The notes under the pieces: model-generated | Databases searched by the model: none | What the model saw: the letters and a program-made list of their open reading frames with translations, nothing else | Told to the model about the DNA's origin: nothing | Assembly (NCBI GenBank): GCA_963702425.1 | Contig: CAVPCQ010000028.1 | Span: 35,990-99,989, forward strand | Direction of reading: 5' to 3' | Length of the DNA stretch: 64,000 nucleotides | Origin: an uncultured Acidobacteriota bacterium | GTDB taxonomy: Bacteria > Acidobacteriota > Polarisedimenticolia > J045 | Shown: positions 51,387 through 63,263 of the stretch, in pieces | Layout: each line of letters begins with the position of its first letter | Position numbering within the stretch: position 1 is the stretch's first letter | Program-made: the position numbers and the translations under genes

Positions 51387-51454
51387 ACAGGACACAATAT
51401 AGGCCGAATACAGGCCTCGCGCCAGTCGTCCGCCGGCCCCGGAAGCGTCCTGCG

Positions 51455-52348
51455 CTATTTGGTATCCAGGATCAGCGGCAACCCGTCCTTGCCGGCGCCG
51501 ATCACGACCACCTTCGCGTTCGGCGAGGCCGCGAGCTTCTCCGTCGCCTCGATCCCCTTCCAGCGCAAGAGCTGCTCGGAAATCCCCTGGGCCACGATCT
51601 GCTGGAAGTCGGCGATGCCGCGCGCCTCGATCCGCTTGCGCTCGGCCTCCTGCTTCTCGCGCTCCAGCACGAACTGCATCCGCTGGCTCTCCTGCTCGGC
51701 GCGGAGCTTCTCCTCGATCGCCTTGGTCAGGTCCGCCGGCAGCCCGACCCGCCGCAGCGGGGTCGCCTCGATCACGATGCCGCGCTCACCGACCGACTTC
51801 TGCAGCTCCGTTTCGATGATCTTCGAGAGCATCTCGCGCTCGCTGGTGTAGAGGGCCCGCGCGTCGTAGCTGGCGGTGACGCCCCGGGCGACGGAGCGGG
51901 CCTGCGGGATCAGGATGATCTCTTCGTAGTTCGGGCCAACGGTGCGGTAGACGTCGGGCGCCTTGGCCGGATCGAGATGGTAGAGCACGGAGATCTCGAG
52001 CTGGACGGTCAGGCCCTCCTTCGAGGGGACGTCCATCACTTCCTTCAGTTCCTGCGTCTTCACCGAGAAGTTGACGACCCGCGCCAGCGGGTTGACGAGG
52101 TTGATGCCGGCTTTGCGCGACACCGGGCTGACGGTGCCGAAGAAGTCGACGACGCCGACATTGCCGGCGGGCACGACGCGGATCAGCTGCGAGAACATCA
52201 CGACGATGCCGATCGCGATCAGGATCCAGGCGCCGGCTGCCGCGGGGCGGCGAACTTCTTCCAGGCGCGCCATCGCCCGCGTCCGGCGTGCCGCGACCGT
52301 CATCCCCGCGCCGACGAGCAGGAGCACCAACCCCAGCAGGAAGACCAT
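51455..52348 (-). CDS. Prohibitin/SPFH (band 7) family membrane protein
   Basis: N-terminal TMs, VPAGNVGVV, SKEGL, AIEEKLRAEQE...EAERKRIEARG. Confidence 0.92.
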   Translation of the reverse strand: MVFLLGLVLLLVGAGMTVAARRTRAMARLEEVRRPAAAGAWILIAIGIVVMFSQLIRVVPAGNVGVVDFFGTVSPVSRKAGINLVNPLARVVNFSVKTQELKEVMDVPSKEGLTVQLEISVLYHLDPAKAPDVYRTVGPNYEEIILIPQARSVARGVTASYDARALYTSEREMLSKIIETELQKSVGERGIVIEATPLRRVGLPADLTKAIEEKLRAEQESQRMQFVLEREKQEAERKRIEARGIADFQQIVAQGISEQLLRWKGIEATEKLAASPNAKVVVIGAGKDGLPLILDTK

Positions 52349-52442
52349 CGTCCCTCCCTTTCGCGGGCCGGCGGGCGGCCCCGACGCATTGTGTTGGATC
52401 TGTGGGGGGAAGTGTAAAGGGGGGCGCCGTCCGGGTGAAGGA

Positions 52443-53781
52443 TCAGCCCGCCGGCTGGCCGCGGTAGACGAACCGGCGCAGCAGCCATTCCAGCGGACCG
52501 AAGGAGAAACGCCGCAGCCAGGCCCCGCTCAGGAGGATCTGGACGACGCCGACCCCGACCGCGATCAGGACGTTCGCCAGGTTGCTCGTCCGGCCGAACA
52601 GGCCCAGGCCGTAGGAGTGGAAGAGCAGGGCGCAGACGAGCGACTGGAAGACGTAGTTGCTCATCGCCATCCGTCCGACCGGAGCCAGCGCGTCGAGCAG
52701 CGGGCGCGCCACGCCGCCGAAGTAGAGGAGCACGAGCGCGGCCATGTAGAAGATCGCGAGCGCCGGCGCACCGAACTCCTGGCCGACGAAGGCGCCGAAC
52801 TGGAGCGCCGCGCCGCCGCCGGCCGCCCGCTCGCCGTAGAGCCCGAGAGCGCAGCCCGCGAGCCCCACCAGCAGCGAGATCCACAGCACCCGGCGCACGA
52901 ACGGCAGCCGCCGCTCGAGCGCCGGCACGAGTCCCGTGCGCCAGCACCAGAGCCCGACCAGGAACATCGCGAAGAGCTTCCAGCCGACGAAGAGCAGGGA
53001 GGAGTACTGGAGGACGACCTCGCGGGCCCGCAGCCGGAAGATCTCGGCGGCGGTGCCGCGGCCGTAGACCGCCACGCTCTCGTCGATCCGCCGCTGCATC
53101 GCTTCACGCCGCTGCTGGCGCCGGGCCTCCTGCGCCTGCCGCGTCTCGTCCGTTGGTGCCGGCGTCTGCCCCGCGCCGGCCTGTTCCCCCTGCGCCGCCG
53201 GGGCGGCCGCCGGCCGCGCGAGCATCCCCTGCGCCATGATCAGGCAGGGCACCAGCAGGACGATCGCGCTCCACGCCAGGAGCGCCCGTGGGCGGACGTT
53301 CCGGAAGAGGAACAGCGGCAGCCCGAGCAGCGCGTAGTTGCCGATGAAGTCGCCGGCGTAGAGCAGCAGCGCGTGCGCAAGGCCGATCGCGAACAGCCCG
53401 GCCAGGCGGCGCAGGTAGAGCGGCCCGAATCGCACCCCCCGGTCCGTGGCCCGCTGGTACATGATCGCCATTCCCAGCCCGAACAGGACCGAGAGGATCG
53501 AGAAGAACTTCTCCGCGACCAGGAACGTCGTGAGCGTCTCGACGAGGCCATCGAGCGCGCCGGCCCGGCCGTCGGGGGCGCGGAAGACCGAGTAGATCGG
53601 CCGGCTGTAGAAGTGGACGTTGACGAAGAGGATCCCCAGGATCGCGAAGCCGCGCAGGATGTCCAGGATGTGGAGCCGCTGCGAGGGGGCGACGGCGCCG
53701 AGCGCGGGGCGTGCGGCCGGGGCGGCGGCCGCAACGTCCTCCGGGCCGGGAACGGGCCGGGGTGATCGCGCCGGAACTCAT
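52443..53781 (-). CDS. DUF418 family membrane protein (frameshift near the 5' end)
   Basis: RLHILDILRGFAILGILFVN, KFFSILSVLFGLG, GRMAMSNY, GPLEWLLR. Confidence 0.88.
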
Positions 53782-53982
53782 CGGCGGAGAGGCTAGCACC
53801 GCGCGGGTCGTGCGATCGCTGCCGATGGAGCGGCCGCCCTCGGCCCTGACCGCGAGACGGTCTCGGTAAGCCGCCCTGCCGCCGCCGTTCGCAGGTCCCG
53901 CGCCGCCGCTCGCCCGCCAGCCGTTGACGAGCGCCGCGAACGGGCGTCCGATGACCGTGTTCGGTGGCGCCGGAGGTCGAGG

Positions 53983-56632
53983 ATGGACGAGCCAAGGCGG
54001 TCCGGGTTCGGCATTGCGGACGACACGCCCACGATGTCGTTCGCGGTCGGTGCCGCCATCCCGGTGCCGGAGTCCTCCGCGCGCCGCTTCCTGCCGGGGA
54101 CCCTGTTCGCCGGCCGCTACCGGATCGTCGAGCTGCTGGGGCAGGGAGCGACCGGCGAGGTCTACCGCGCCGACGATCTCCACGTTGGCCAGCCGGTCGC
54201 GCTCAAGTTCCTGCCGGCCCACCTGGCCGACAGCACGGCTGGCGCGCGCCCGCGTGCGCAACGAGGTCCGCGTCGCGCGGCAGGTGACGCACCCGAACGT
54301 CTGCCGCGTCTTCGACATCGGCGAGGCCGACGGCCACACCTTCATCTCGATGGAGTACGTCGACGGCGAGGACCTGCGCTCGGTGCTGCGCCGGCTCGGC
54401 CGCCCCTCGCGCGAGAAGGCGCTGGAGATCGCGCGGCAGCTCTGCGCCGGGCTGGCCGCGGCGCACGAGATCGGCGTCCTGCACCGCGACCTGAAGTCCG
54501 CCAACGTGATGATCGACGGCCGGGGGCGCGCGCGGATCACCGACTTCGGGCTGGCCGCCTTCGCCCACGAGCGGGAGGGGCAGGGGATCGCCGGCACGCC
54601 GACGTACATGGCGCCCGAACTGTTTGCCGGCGCTCCCTCCTCGACCCGGACCGACATCTACGCGCTGGGCGCGGTGCTCTACGAGCTGTTCACGGGGCGC
54701 GCCGCCTACCCCGCCGCGAACGTCGCCGAGCTGCGCCGCCTGCAGCTCGCGGGCCCGCCGCCCAGCCCGGCGCAGCTCGTCCCCCAGCTGGACCCCACGG
54801 TCGACGAGCTGATCCTGCGCTGCCTGCACGCCGATCCGAGCGAGCGCCCGCCTTCGGCGCTCGCCGTCGCCGCGGTGCTTCCCGGTGGCGACCCGGTGGC
54901 GACGGCGCTCGCGGCGGGCGAGACCCCGTCGCCCGAGATGGTCGCGGCGGCTGGGGGGGAGTCGCCGATGCCGCGCCCGCTCGCTCTCGGCATCTTCGGC
55001 GCGATCGCCGCCGGGATGCTCGTGATCGCCGCGCTCAACACGCGCGCCTCGCTGCTCGGCGCCGCGCCGCCCGCCAAGCCGCCGATCGTGCTGGCCGACC
55101 ACGCGCGCGAGCTGCTCTCCTCGCTGGGCGCGACGGCCGCGCCCGCCGACGTCTGGTACCGCTACTCGACCTACTCCGGCTATCTCAGCCACGTCGCAAA
55201 GACCGATCCCGCGCCCGACCGCTGGGAGCGGTTGATGGGGCGGATGCCGTCCCCGTACGCGTTCTACTACCGCGAGAGCCCGGTGCCGATGGTGCCGCGC
55301 GGCGTGTCGAGCGAGATCTCGTTCCGCGAGCCCCCACTGACCGCCCCCGGGATGGCCGGCGTCATCACCGACGACCAGGGACGGCTGCAGATCCTCGAGA
55401 TCGCGCCTCCCGAGCGGGACGACAGCCCGCGCACCGACGCCGTCCCCGACTATGCCCCGCTCTTCGCCGCGGCCGGGCTCGACCTTGCGGACTTCACCGT
55501 CGCCAGCCCGGAGTGGAACCCGACGCTACCGACCGACTCGCGCGCGGCGTGGACGGGGCACTATCGCGGACAGCCGGACTGGCCGGTGCGGATCGAGGCG
55601 GGCGGCTACCGCGGCCGCCCGATCTACTTCCAGGTACTCGAGACTTTCGATACGCCGGTGCGGCTGGGGAAGCAGGAATCCCCGCCCCTGGTGCGGCGCG
55701 CCTCGCAATGGGCGAATGTCCTGCTGCTGGCCGCGATGCTCGTCGTGCCCCCGCTCGTCGCGCGCCGGAACCTCCGGCGCGGGGTCGGGGACCGGAAGGG
55801 AGCGTGGCGGCTGGGGGTCGCCGTAGGACTGCTCCAGCTCGTCCACTGGCTGCTCCGCACCGACCTGACCGGGGGAGCGATCACCCGGCAGACCGACCTC
55901 TTCCTGGCCCAGTTGGGGCTGGTCCTGCTCCTCGGGGTGGTGAGCGGGCTGATCTACCTGGCGCTCGAGCCCTACGTGAGGCGGCACTGGCCGCGCACGC
56001 TGATCTCCTGGACGCGCCTGGTGATGGGGCGGGTGGGCGACCCCCGCGTCTCCCGCGACGTGCTGATCGGTGCGCTGGGCGGCGTGCTGGTGGTCGTCGT
56101 GCAGCGCCTGGAGTGGATCGTCCCCTACTGGCTCGGGCAGGCGCCACCCGTCCCCTACGGGGTCGCCGACGCCGTTCTCGGCGGGGACCGCAAGGCGCTG
56201 GCGCAGATCGTCTCCGCCGAGTTCCTCGGCGGGCCGCTTTTCGTCCTCTTCGTCCTGACGGCGGCGCAGTTCCTGCTGCGGCGCCGCGGGCTCGCGATCG
56301 CGGTGGCGATGGCCTTCCTGATCCTCCTCGACGGGCACTGGCAGGTCGAGAGCGCGTCGATCCTCCTGCGCGCGGGGGCGATGATCGAGGTGCTGCTGGT
56401 CTGGGGGATCATCCTCACCGTGATGCTCCGCTTCGGGCTGCTCGCGCTGGTCTCGACCTTCTTCTTCCTGGTCGTGCTGCAGTCGTGGCCGGTGCTGCTG
56501 GACTCGTCCGCCTGGTTCGCCGGCGCCTCGTGGACGGCGCTGGCGGTGCTCGGGGCGATCGCGCTCGTCGCGATGCTCGGGGCCTGCGGCGGGGCGCGGG
56601 CGTGGAGGCGCGCGGCGGTCGGCTGGGGGTAG
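53983..56632 (+). CDS. Ser/Thr kinase with an extracytoplasmic loop and a multi-TM C-terminus (frameshift near 54240)
   Basis: LLGQGATGEVY, VALKFL, HRDLKSAN, DFG, GTPTYMAPE; several hydrophobic helices at the C-terminus. Confidence 0.88.
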
Positions 56633-56684
56633 GCGGGGGGGGAGGCAGGGAATCGGCGGGGGACAGAGAATCCACCATGGATGG

Positions 56685-56713
56685 TTGATTTTCCGCCACA
56701 CCGCGGGTATTCT
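56685..56713 (+). promoter_or_regulatory. Sigma-70-type promoter TTGATT-N17-TATTCT, probably leaderless
   Basis: 17-bp spacing; ATG at 56720 lies 6 nt after the -10 box. Confidence 0.55.
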
Positions 56714-56719
56714 TCCCTC

Positions 56720-57673
56720 ATGATCCCCCGGCGCATGGACGACGCGCTCCGGCGAGCGGACGCCCGGCCTGTCTCATTCGATGAAGGCCGCCTGTCGATC
56801 CCCTCTTCGTCCCCGCGTTCGACGCTTCGGAACTGCAGGGTCTCGAGGCCTTCGCCAGGCAGACCGGACGTCCTGCGCGGGGTCGAGCTCTACCTGGGAT
56901 ACTGCTCTCCTACCGCGCAAGCTCCTGGTGTTCCGAGCCCGGAGTCACGTGTCGCCGTGTGGGTCCGCATGTTGGTGAGCGCCGATGACGCCGAGCAGCT
57001 CCGATTGTACTGGGGAAGCGATGTTTCTGCGGGAACTGTGATGTGGAACGAGGAGTGCCTAATGCCGAAGGTGGGCGGCCGTGATGCGCTCCTCGAGGCC
57101 GCGGCCGCGGTGGTTTCACGCGCATCTCACGCAGAGCATCAGATTGAGCGTTACTGCTTCATGTCGTCGGAGGAGGCTGTACATTTGCGGCCGAGTCTCA
57201 GTGAAGGTGGCGCCCGACCGTCGCGATCCGTTCGCCGAAGAGCTTCGCGCTGCACTTGCCCAGGATGTGCGCCTGGAGATCTTCGGGTTCCCGGAGCCTG
57301 GCGGCAAGGAAGATCGTCCGCAATGCGGGACGAACGAAAAGAAGAACAAGGGGAGAGAGAGACTTGGGCGCTCCACGCAGGATCTACCGAACTAGGATCA
57401 GTCGGATCCTGGACTACCTGCCGGAGCTCGGATTGAGTTGGAGCATCGCAACGGAGGCGTGTCAGACGCGCGAGTGAGAGTCGTGATGCGCCTGAGTCTG
57501 GGCCGACTTTCTCTCTGTGCGTTGGGCAGGACGGCGCACTCTACTCTGCTGGGCGGCGGTTTATCGCCGAAGGGAACGCGAGGAGAGTGCAACTTCTGAT
57601 GATCCGCCACCTTCTGCAGGTCACTTTTCCAACGAACGTTACCGTTGATCCGCGGTGCCTGGAAAGACCATAG
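56720..57673 (+). other. Lower-GC hypothetical coding region, apparently frameshifted or decayed
   Basis: Visibly more A/T and atypical codon usage; overlapping ORF pieces; no family recognised. Confidence 0.35.
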
Positions 57674-57799
57674 GCCGCGGAATGGGATGGAATGTGAGGG
57701 CTGGCGAAGGGGCGGCTTGGCGCGTACTGATGGCCCGCGGCTCTCTTGCCGGACACACTGCGGCGGCGGGCTGCGTCGCCGGCGTTCGGGTTGCGTAGC

Positions 57800-58135
57800 A
57801 GCCTGGCGAGGAGCTTCGTGTACGGCCTGGGGAAGCTGCTGGTGGAGCGGAAGGTGGGCGTGGCCCCGCCGAGCCTGGCTGCCGACAGCCCGCTGACGGG
57901 CGGCGCGGGGTAGCGCTTCGTGGTGCCAAGCGGCGCTGGCGCGGGGGCGTACACGGTGGACGTGGCGGCAAGCTCCGGCTACCGGAACCGGATCCCCGGC
58001 GTGACGCTGGACGGCCAGGGGAAGTTCACGCTGGCCGAGAGCGCGCTCTCTCCCGGCGAGACGAACTGGGTGCGGATCCGGAAGGACGGGGCGACCGGCT
58101 CGGGCTTCTCGGCGCCGGCCTCTCTGGTCTGCGCT
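57800..58135 (+). pseudogene. Gene remnant, possibly Rhs/YD-repeat-derived, with an in-frame TAG at 57911
   Basis: SLARSFVYGLGKLLVERKV...GAG*RFVV...YTVDV...NWVRIRK; no start codon; the FVYGLGKLLVE stretch resembles Rhs core ends. Confidence 0.35.
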
Positions 58136-58175
58136 CGAGCGCGCGTGAGCTGCACGCTGGCCTTGACCGGGGACC

Positions 58176-59987
<1,812 letters not shown>

Positions 59988-60115
59988 GCGGGAGCGGCCC
60001 CGTCCGGGGCGGAAGGCCCCGGGAAACGGCCGATTATAGGGGGCGGGGGGTCGGGGGGCACGTTGGCCCCCCGGACACCCCGGGCTCTGAGCCGACCGGG
60101 CGGCGGGCGGTGAGG

Positions 60116-60873
60116 TCAGCCGCCGTTGATCACGGCGTCGGGGATCTCGTACCGCTCGCTGCCGATCTGGACGATCGACAGGTCCTCCTGGCGGCTGGTG
60201 CGGAACTCGCCGGTGTCGGCCTGGCTCTTGTCGTAGCCGGTGGCGAGCCCCTTCTCGAAGAAGATCACCCGCTTGCGGCCGTCGGGCCTGGTCACGGTGA
60301 CCGTCCCGCTGCCGCCCCCCCGGCGGGTCACGCCGAAGGGGCACGAGCGGGTCGGCTGCCCGCCGCCCATCGAGCAGGGGATCTCGCCGGTGGCGTGAAA
60401 GTCGGTGCCGGCCACCTTGGCGTCGCCGGGCGGGCTCGAGGCAGCGGCCCCGCCCCCGGTGATGATGATCTCCAGCCGGTAGTTCGCGGTCTCGTTGCGA
60501 CGCGCGGCCGAGCGCATCATGTAGACGCGGAGCTTGTAGTCGCCGCTCTTCGGGAGCGTCCCTTCGAACTGGTTCTCGCTCGATCGAGCCGTTGAACATC
60601 GCGACTTCATTCTCGCCCGGGGCCAGGATGTTGAAGTAGGTGGCCCCGTGCTTCGTCGCCAGGCTGGCGTTCATCCGCTGGCCTTCGCGGGCACCGACCA
60701 GGTAGTCGACGATCGCGTATCCCTTGATCGAGCCCTCGATCGCCGTGCTGGTGGTGCCGGGCTTGAAGCGGACCCGCTCCGTCCGGATGTCGTCGCTGGC
60801 GCGGGTGGCGGAACAGTGAAGCGACGAGGGCCGCCAGGACGAACGGCAGGCTTCGCGCAATCGATCGGTTCAC
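60116..60873 (-). CDS. Exported PliG-like (g-type lysozyme inhibitor/PPC fold) protein with an extra C-terminal domain (frameshifted)
   Basis: [19 protein letters not shown]...DY...A.EGQ.M and [21 protein letters not shown] parallel PliG motifs as I recall them; second domain FHATGEIPC...CPFGVTR. Confidence 0.7.
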
Positions 60874-61044
60874 GCCGTGATCTCCAGTGAAACGCTCTAC
60901 TTGAGCCAGTCCGCGGGAATGAGGCTGGTTCCGGCCGGAGAGAAGGCGGTGTAGATCTCGCAGGTCTTCCGCTCTCCGGCGAGAATCCCTCTCGCGTTCA
61001 CCGCTCTCTCCTCAGAGCCGGCGGGGCCGGTCGCCCCGCGGCAG

Positions 61045-61980
61045 TCAGTCCCGGAAGGTGTCGTGCTCGCGTCGCGCGAGTTCCTTGTTCGAGTAGTAGA
61101 AGTAGGTCTTGCCCTCGACTACGAAGTTGGTTTCGCCCTCGGAGGTGGAGTAGCGAGCGTCGCTGGGGACCACTCCCTCGAACTGCAGCCCGACGCGGCC
61201 GCCGGGGCGCCAGGTCAGTTCGATCTTCTGGTCGGGGTACTGCAGGATCGTGCGGGTCTTATGGTCCCCGGTGAAGAAGTCGACCACCGTGCAGCGGTAG
61301 CGGTAGTTCTCTCGGTTGACGATCACGCCGCAGACGGACTTGAACTCCTCGCGGCGCTCCTCTCCCGCGGCACCGGAGCCGCTTCCGCCCCGGCAGTCGC
61401 GCTCGGTGCCGTAGACGATCGACTCGTAGCGGCCGTCGGCGGTCTTGACCACGATGCATTGCCCGTTCTCGTTCTCGTGCCAGTAGGCGAAGGAGGCGTC
61501 CGCGCTCTTTTCGGTCCGAACCCAGGTGTAGCCGCGCCCCCGCAGGGTGTCCTCGGCTTGACCGCCCCGCGCGCCCACGAGGTCCTGCAGGCCCGACACC
61601 GGGTCTCCCACGCCGCCGCCACCGCTGGACGCGGCTGAGCCCGACCCCGTGTTCCAGCGCACGATCAGCTTCTTGCCGTCCCACTTGTACTCTTGCCCGT
61701 TCCCCGTCACCGTGCGGACCACGGTCTTGCCCTTCTCATCCTTGAAGTGGTCGGGCTTGTCGGCCGGGCTCAGCTCGATCCGGTCGCCGTTGCGCAGTGC
61801 GATCGAGACGTAGCCCTGGCGCTGGGAGAAGGTGCAGGGGCCGGTCGCGCCCTGCTTGGTTTCGCCGTCCTTGCGCATCTCGCACATCGCTTCGGTGGTA
61901 TCGGCCAGCGCGGCGCCGCTCCCGGCGGCGACGGACAGGAGGAACAGGGGCAGGGCGAACATCTTGACTGTCTTCATCAC
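61045..61980 (-). CDS. Exported hypothetical protein with three small Cys-paired domains
   Basis: Signal peptide, GGAG RBS, Gly/Ser linkers between domains (CTFSQRQG; DLVGARGGQAEDTLRGRGY; CGVIV...YRC). Confidence 0.8.
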   Translation of the reverse strand: MMKTVKMFALPLFLLSVAAGSGAALADTTEAMCEMRKDGETKQGATGPCTFSQRQGYVSIALRNGDRIELSPADKPDHFKDEKGKTVVRTVTGNGQEYKWDGKKLIVRWNTGSGSAASSGGGGVGDPVSGLQDLVGARGGQAEDTLRGRGYTWVRTEKSADASFAYWHENENGQCIVVKTADGRYESIVYGTERDCRGGSGSGAAGEERREEFKSVCGVIVNRENYRYRCTVVDFFTGDHKTRTILQYPDQKIELTWRPGGRVGLQFEGVVPSDARYSTSEGETNFVVEGKTYFYYSNKELARREHDTFRD

Positions 61981-62028
61981 GAGTCTCCTTGAGATATCTT
62001 CTCGATGCCTGGGCGGGCGCGGGCGGCG

Positions 62029-63063
62029 CTAGCCCTTCTTCTTGTCCTGGGACTCCGGTTCCTTCTCGGAGGCGATCACCGCAAAGTCTGGTTTGGTCGT
62101 CGTCTCGCCGGTGGCGGTGGTCGGCGTGACCAGCATCGTGGTTCCTGGCGTCATGGCCGCCATGGCCTTGGCGACGAACTCGCGCGGAATTCGGATCCCG
62201 GCGAGGAGCTGGTCGGTCGACGACGCATCCATCGCCTGGCCGGCCACGACCATCCAGCGCGGCGAACTGGAACCGTCCTGCTCGAGCAGCGTGAAGACGT
62301 GCGGCTTGAGCTGCCGACCCGGATCCGCCAGCGTGAAAGGCGAGCGCCCGATCTCGACGCCGTTGCGGAAGATCCGGATCCGGCCGTCGGCGCCGCTGAC
62401 GAGGATCGAGACCGGCCCCTCCGGCGCGGCCTCCGGCTGCCAGACGTAGTCGCCAATTCGGACCGGCTCCTGGATCGGCGCCCCGGCTTGATCGATCGGG
62501 GCGAACAGGCCCGGGTGCGCGACGGTCGAAGGGAACTGGGACTCGTCGGAGACGACCACGGTCATCCCCTTCTTGGTCTCGCCGAACAGCAGCTTCGCGA
62601 ACTCGTACGGCATGCGGATGCAGCCGTGCGATGCCGGGTAGCCCGGGAGCTTCCCGGCGTGGAGCGCGACGCCGGACCAGGTCAGCCGCTCCATGTACGG
62701 CATCGGCGCGTTGTTGTAGATGTTCGAGTGGTGGTCGACGTCCTTCTCGAGGACGGTGAAGACGCCGGTCGGCGTCTCGTGCCCCTTCTTCCCGGTCGAG
62801 ACCGTCGTCGCCCCGATGATCACGCCGTTGCGGTAGACGTTGGCGCGCTGGTCGGGGATCGAGACCACGATCACGAGCGGGCCGGCGGGGGAGGCCTCCG
62901 GGTGCCAGACGTACTCGCCGGGCTTGAGCTGCTGCGGCGGGGCGGTCCGGGCCACCCCTTCGGTCGAGCCGGCCTTGGTGGGGACCTTCTCCGGGGCGGC
63001 GGCCGCGGGGAGCGCGGCGAGGGGCGAGAGAGCCAGGAGCGAGAGCAGGGTACGGGTCGTCAT
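62029..63063 (-). CDS. L,D-transpeptidase (YkuD family)
   Basis: VSTGKKGHETPTG, ALHAGKLPGYPASHGCIRM; signal peptide. Confidence 0.92.
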   Translation of the reverse strand: MTTRTLLSLLALSPLAALPAAAAPEKVPTKAGSTEGVARTAPPQQLKPGEYVWHPEASPAGPLVIVVSIPDQRANVYRNGVIIGATTVSTGKKGHETPTGVFTVLEKDVDHHSNIYNNAPMPYMERLTWSGVALHAGKLPGYPASHGCIRMPYEFAKLLFGETKKGMTVVVSDESQFPSTVAHPGLFAPIDQAGAPIQEPVRIGDYVWQPEAAPEGPVSILVSGADGRIRIFRNGVEIGRSPFTLADPGRQLKPHVFTLLEQDGSSSPRWMVVAGQAMDASSTDQLLAGIRIPREFVAKAMAAMTPGTTMLVTPTTATGETTTKPDFAVIASEKEPESQDKKKG

Positions 63064-63263
63064 CGGGATCCTCGCGGGCGAGCAGACTCGTTAGTCAGGG
63101 TCGGTCGGTGCCGGGTCCGGGTGGGCGACGGCGTTCTTGCTGGCTCGAGCCAGCGAGCGCACTCTGCCCGACCCGCGCGAGGGCGGTAACCCGTGCGTCT
63201 CGATTCGTGTGCCGTCTGTCTCGGAAAGCCGGTGTCCGCGGCACTCTCCGCGAGACGACCGGA

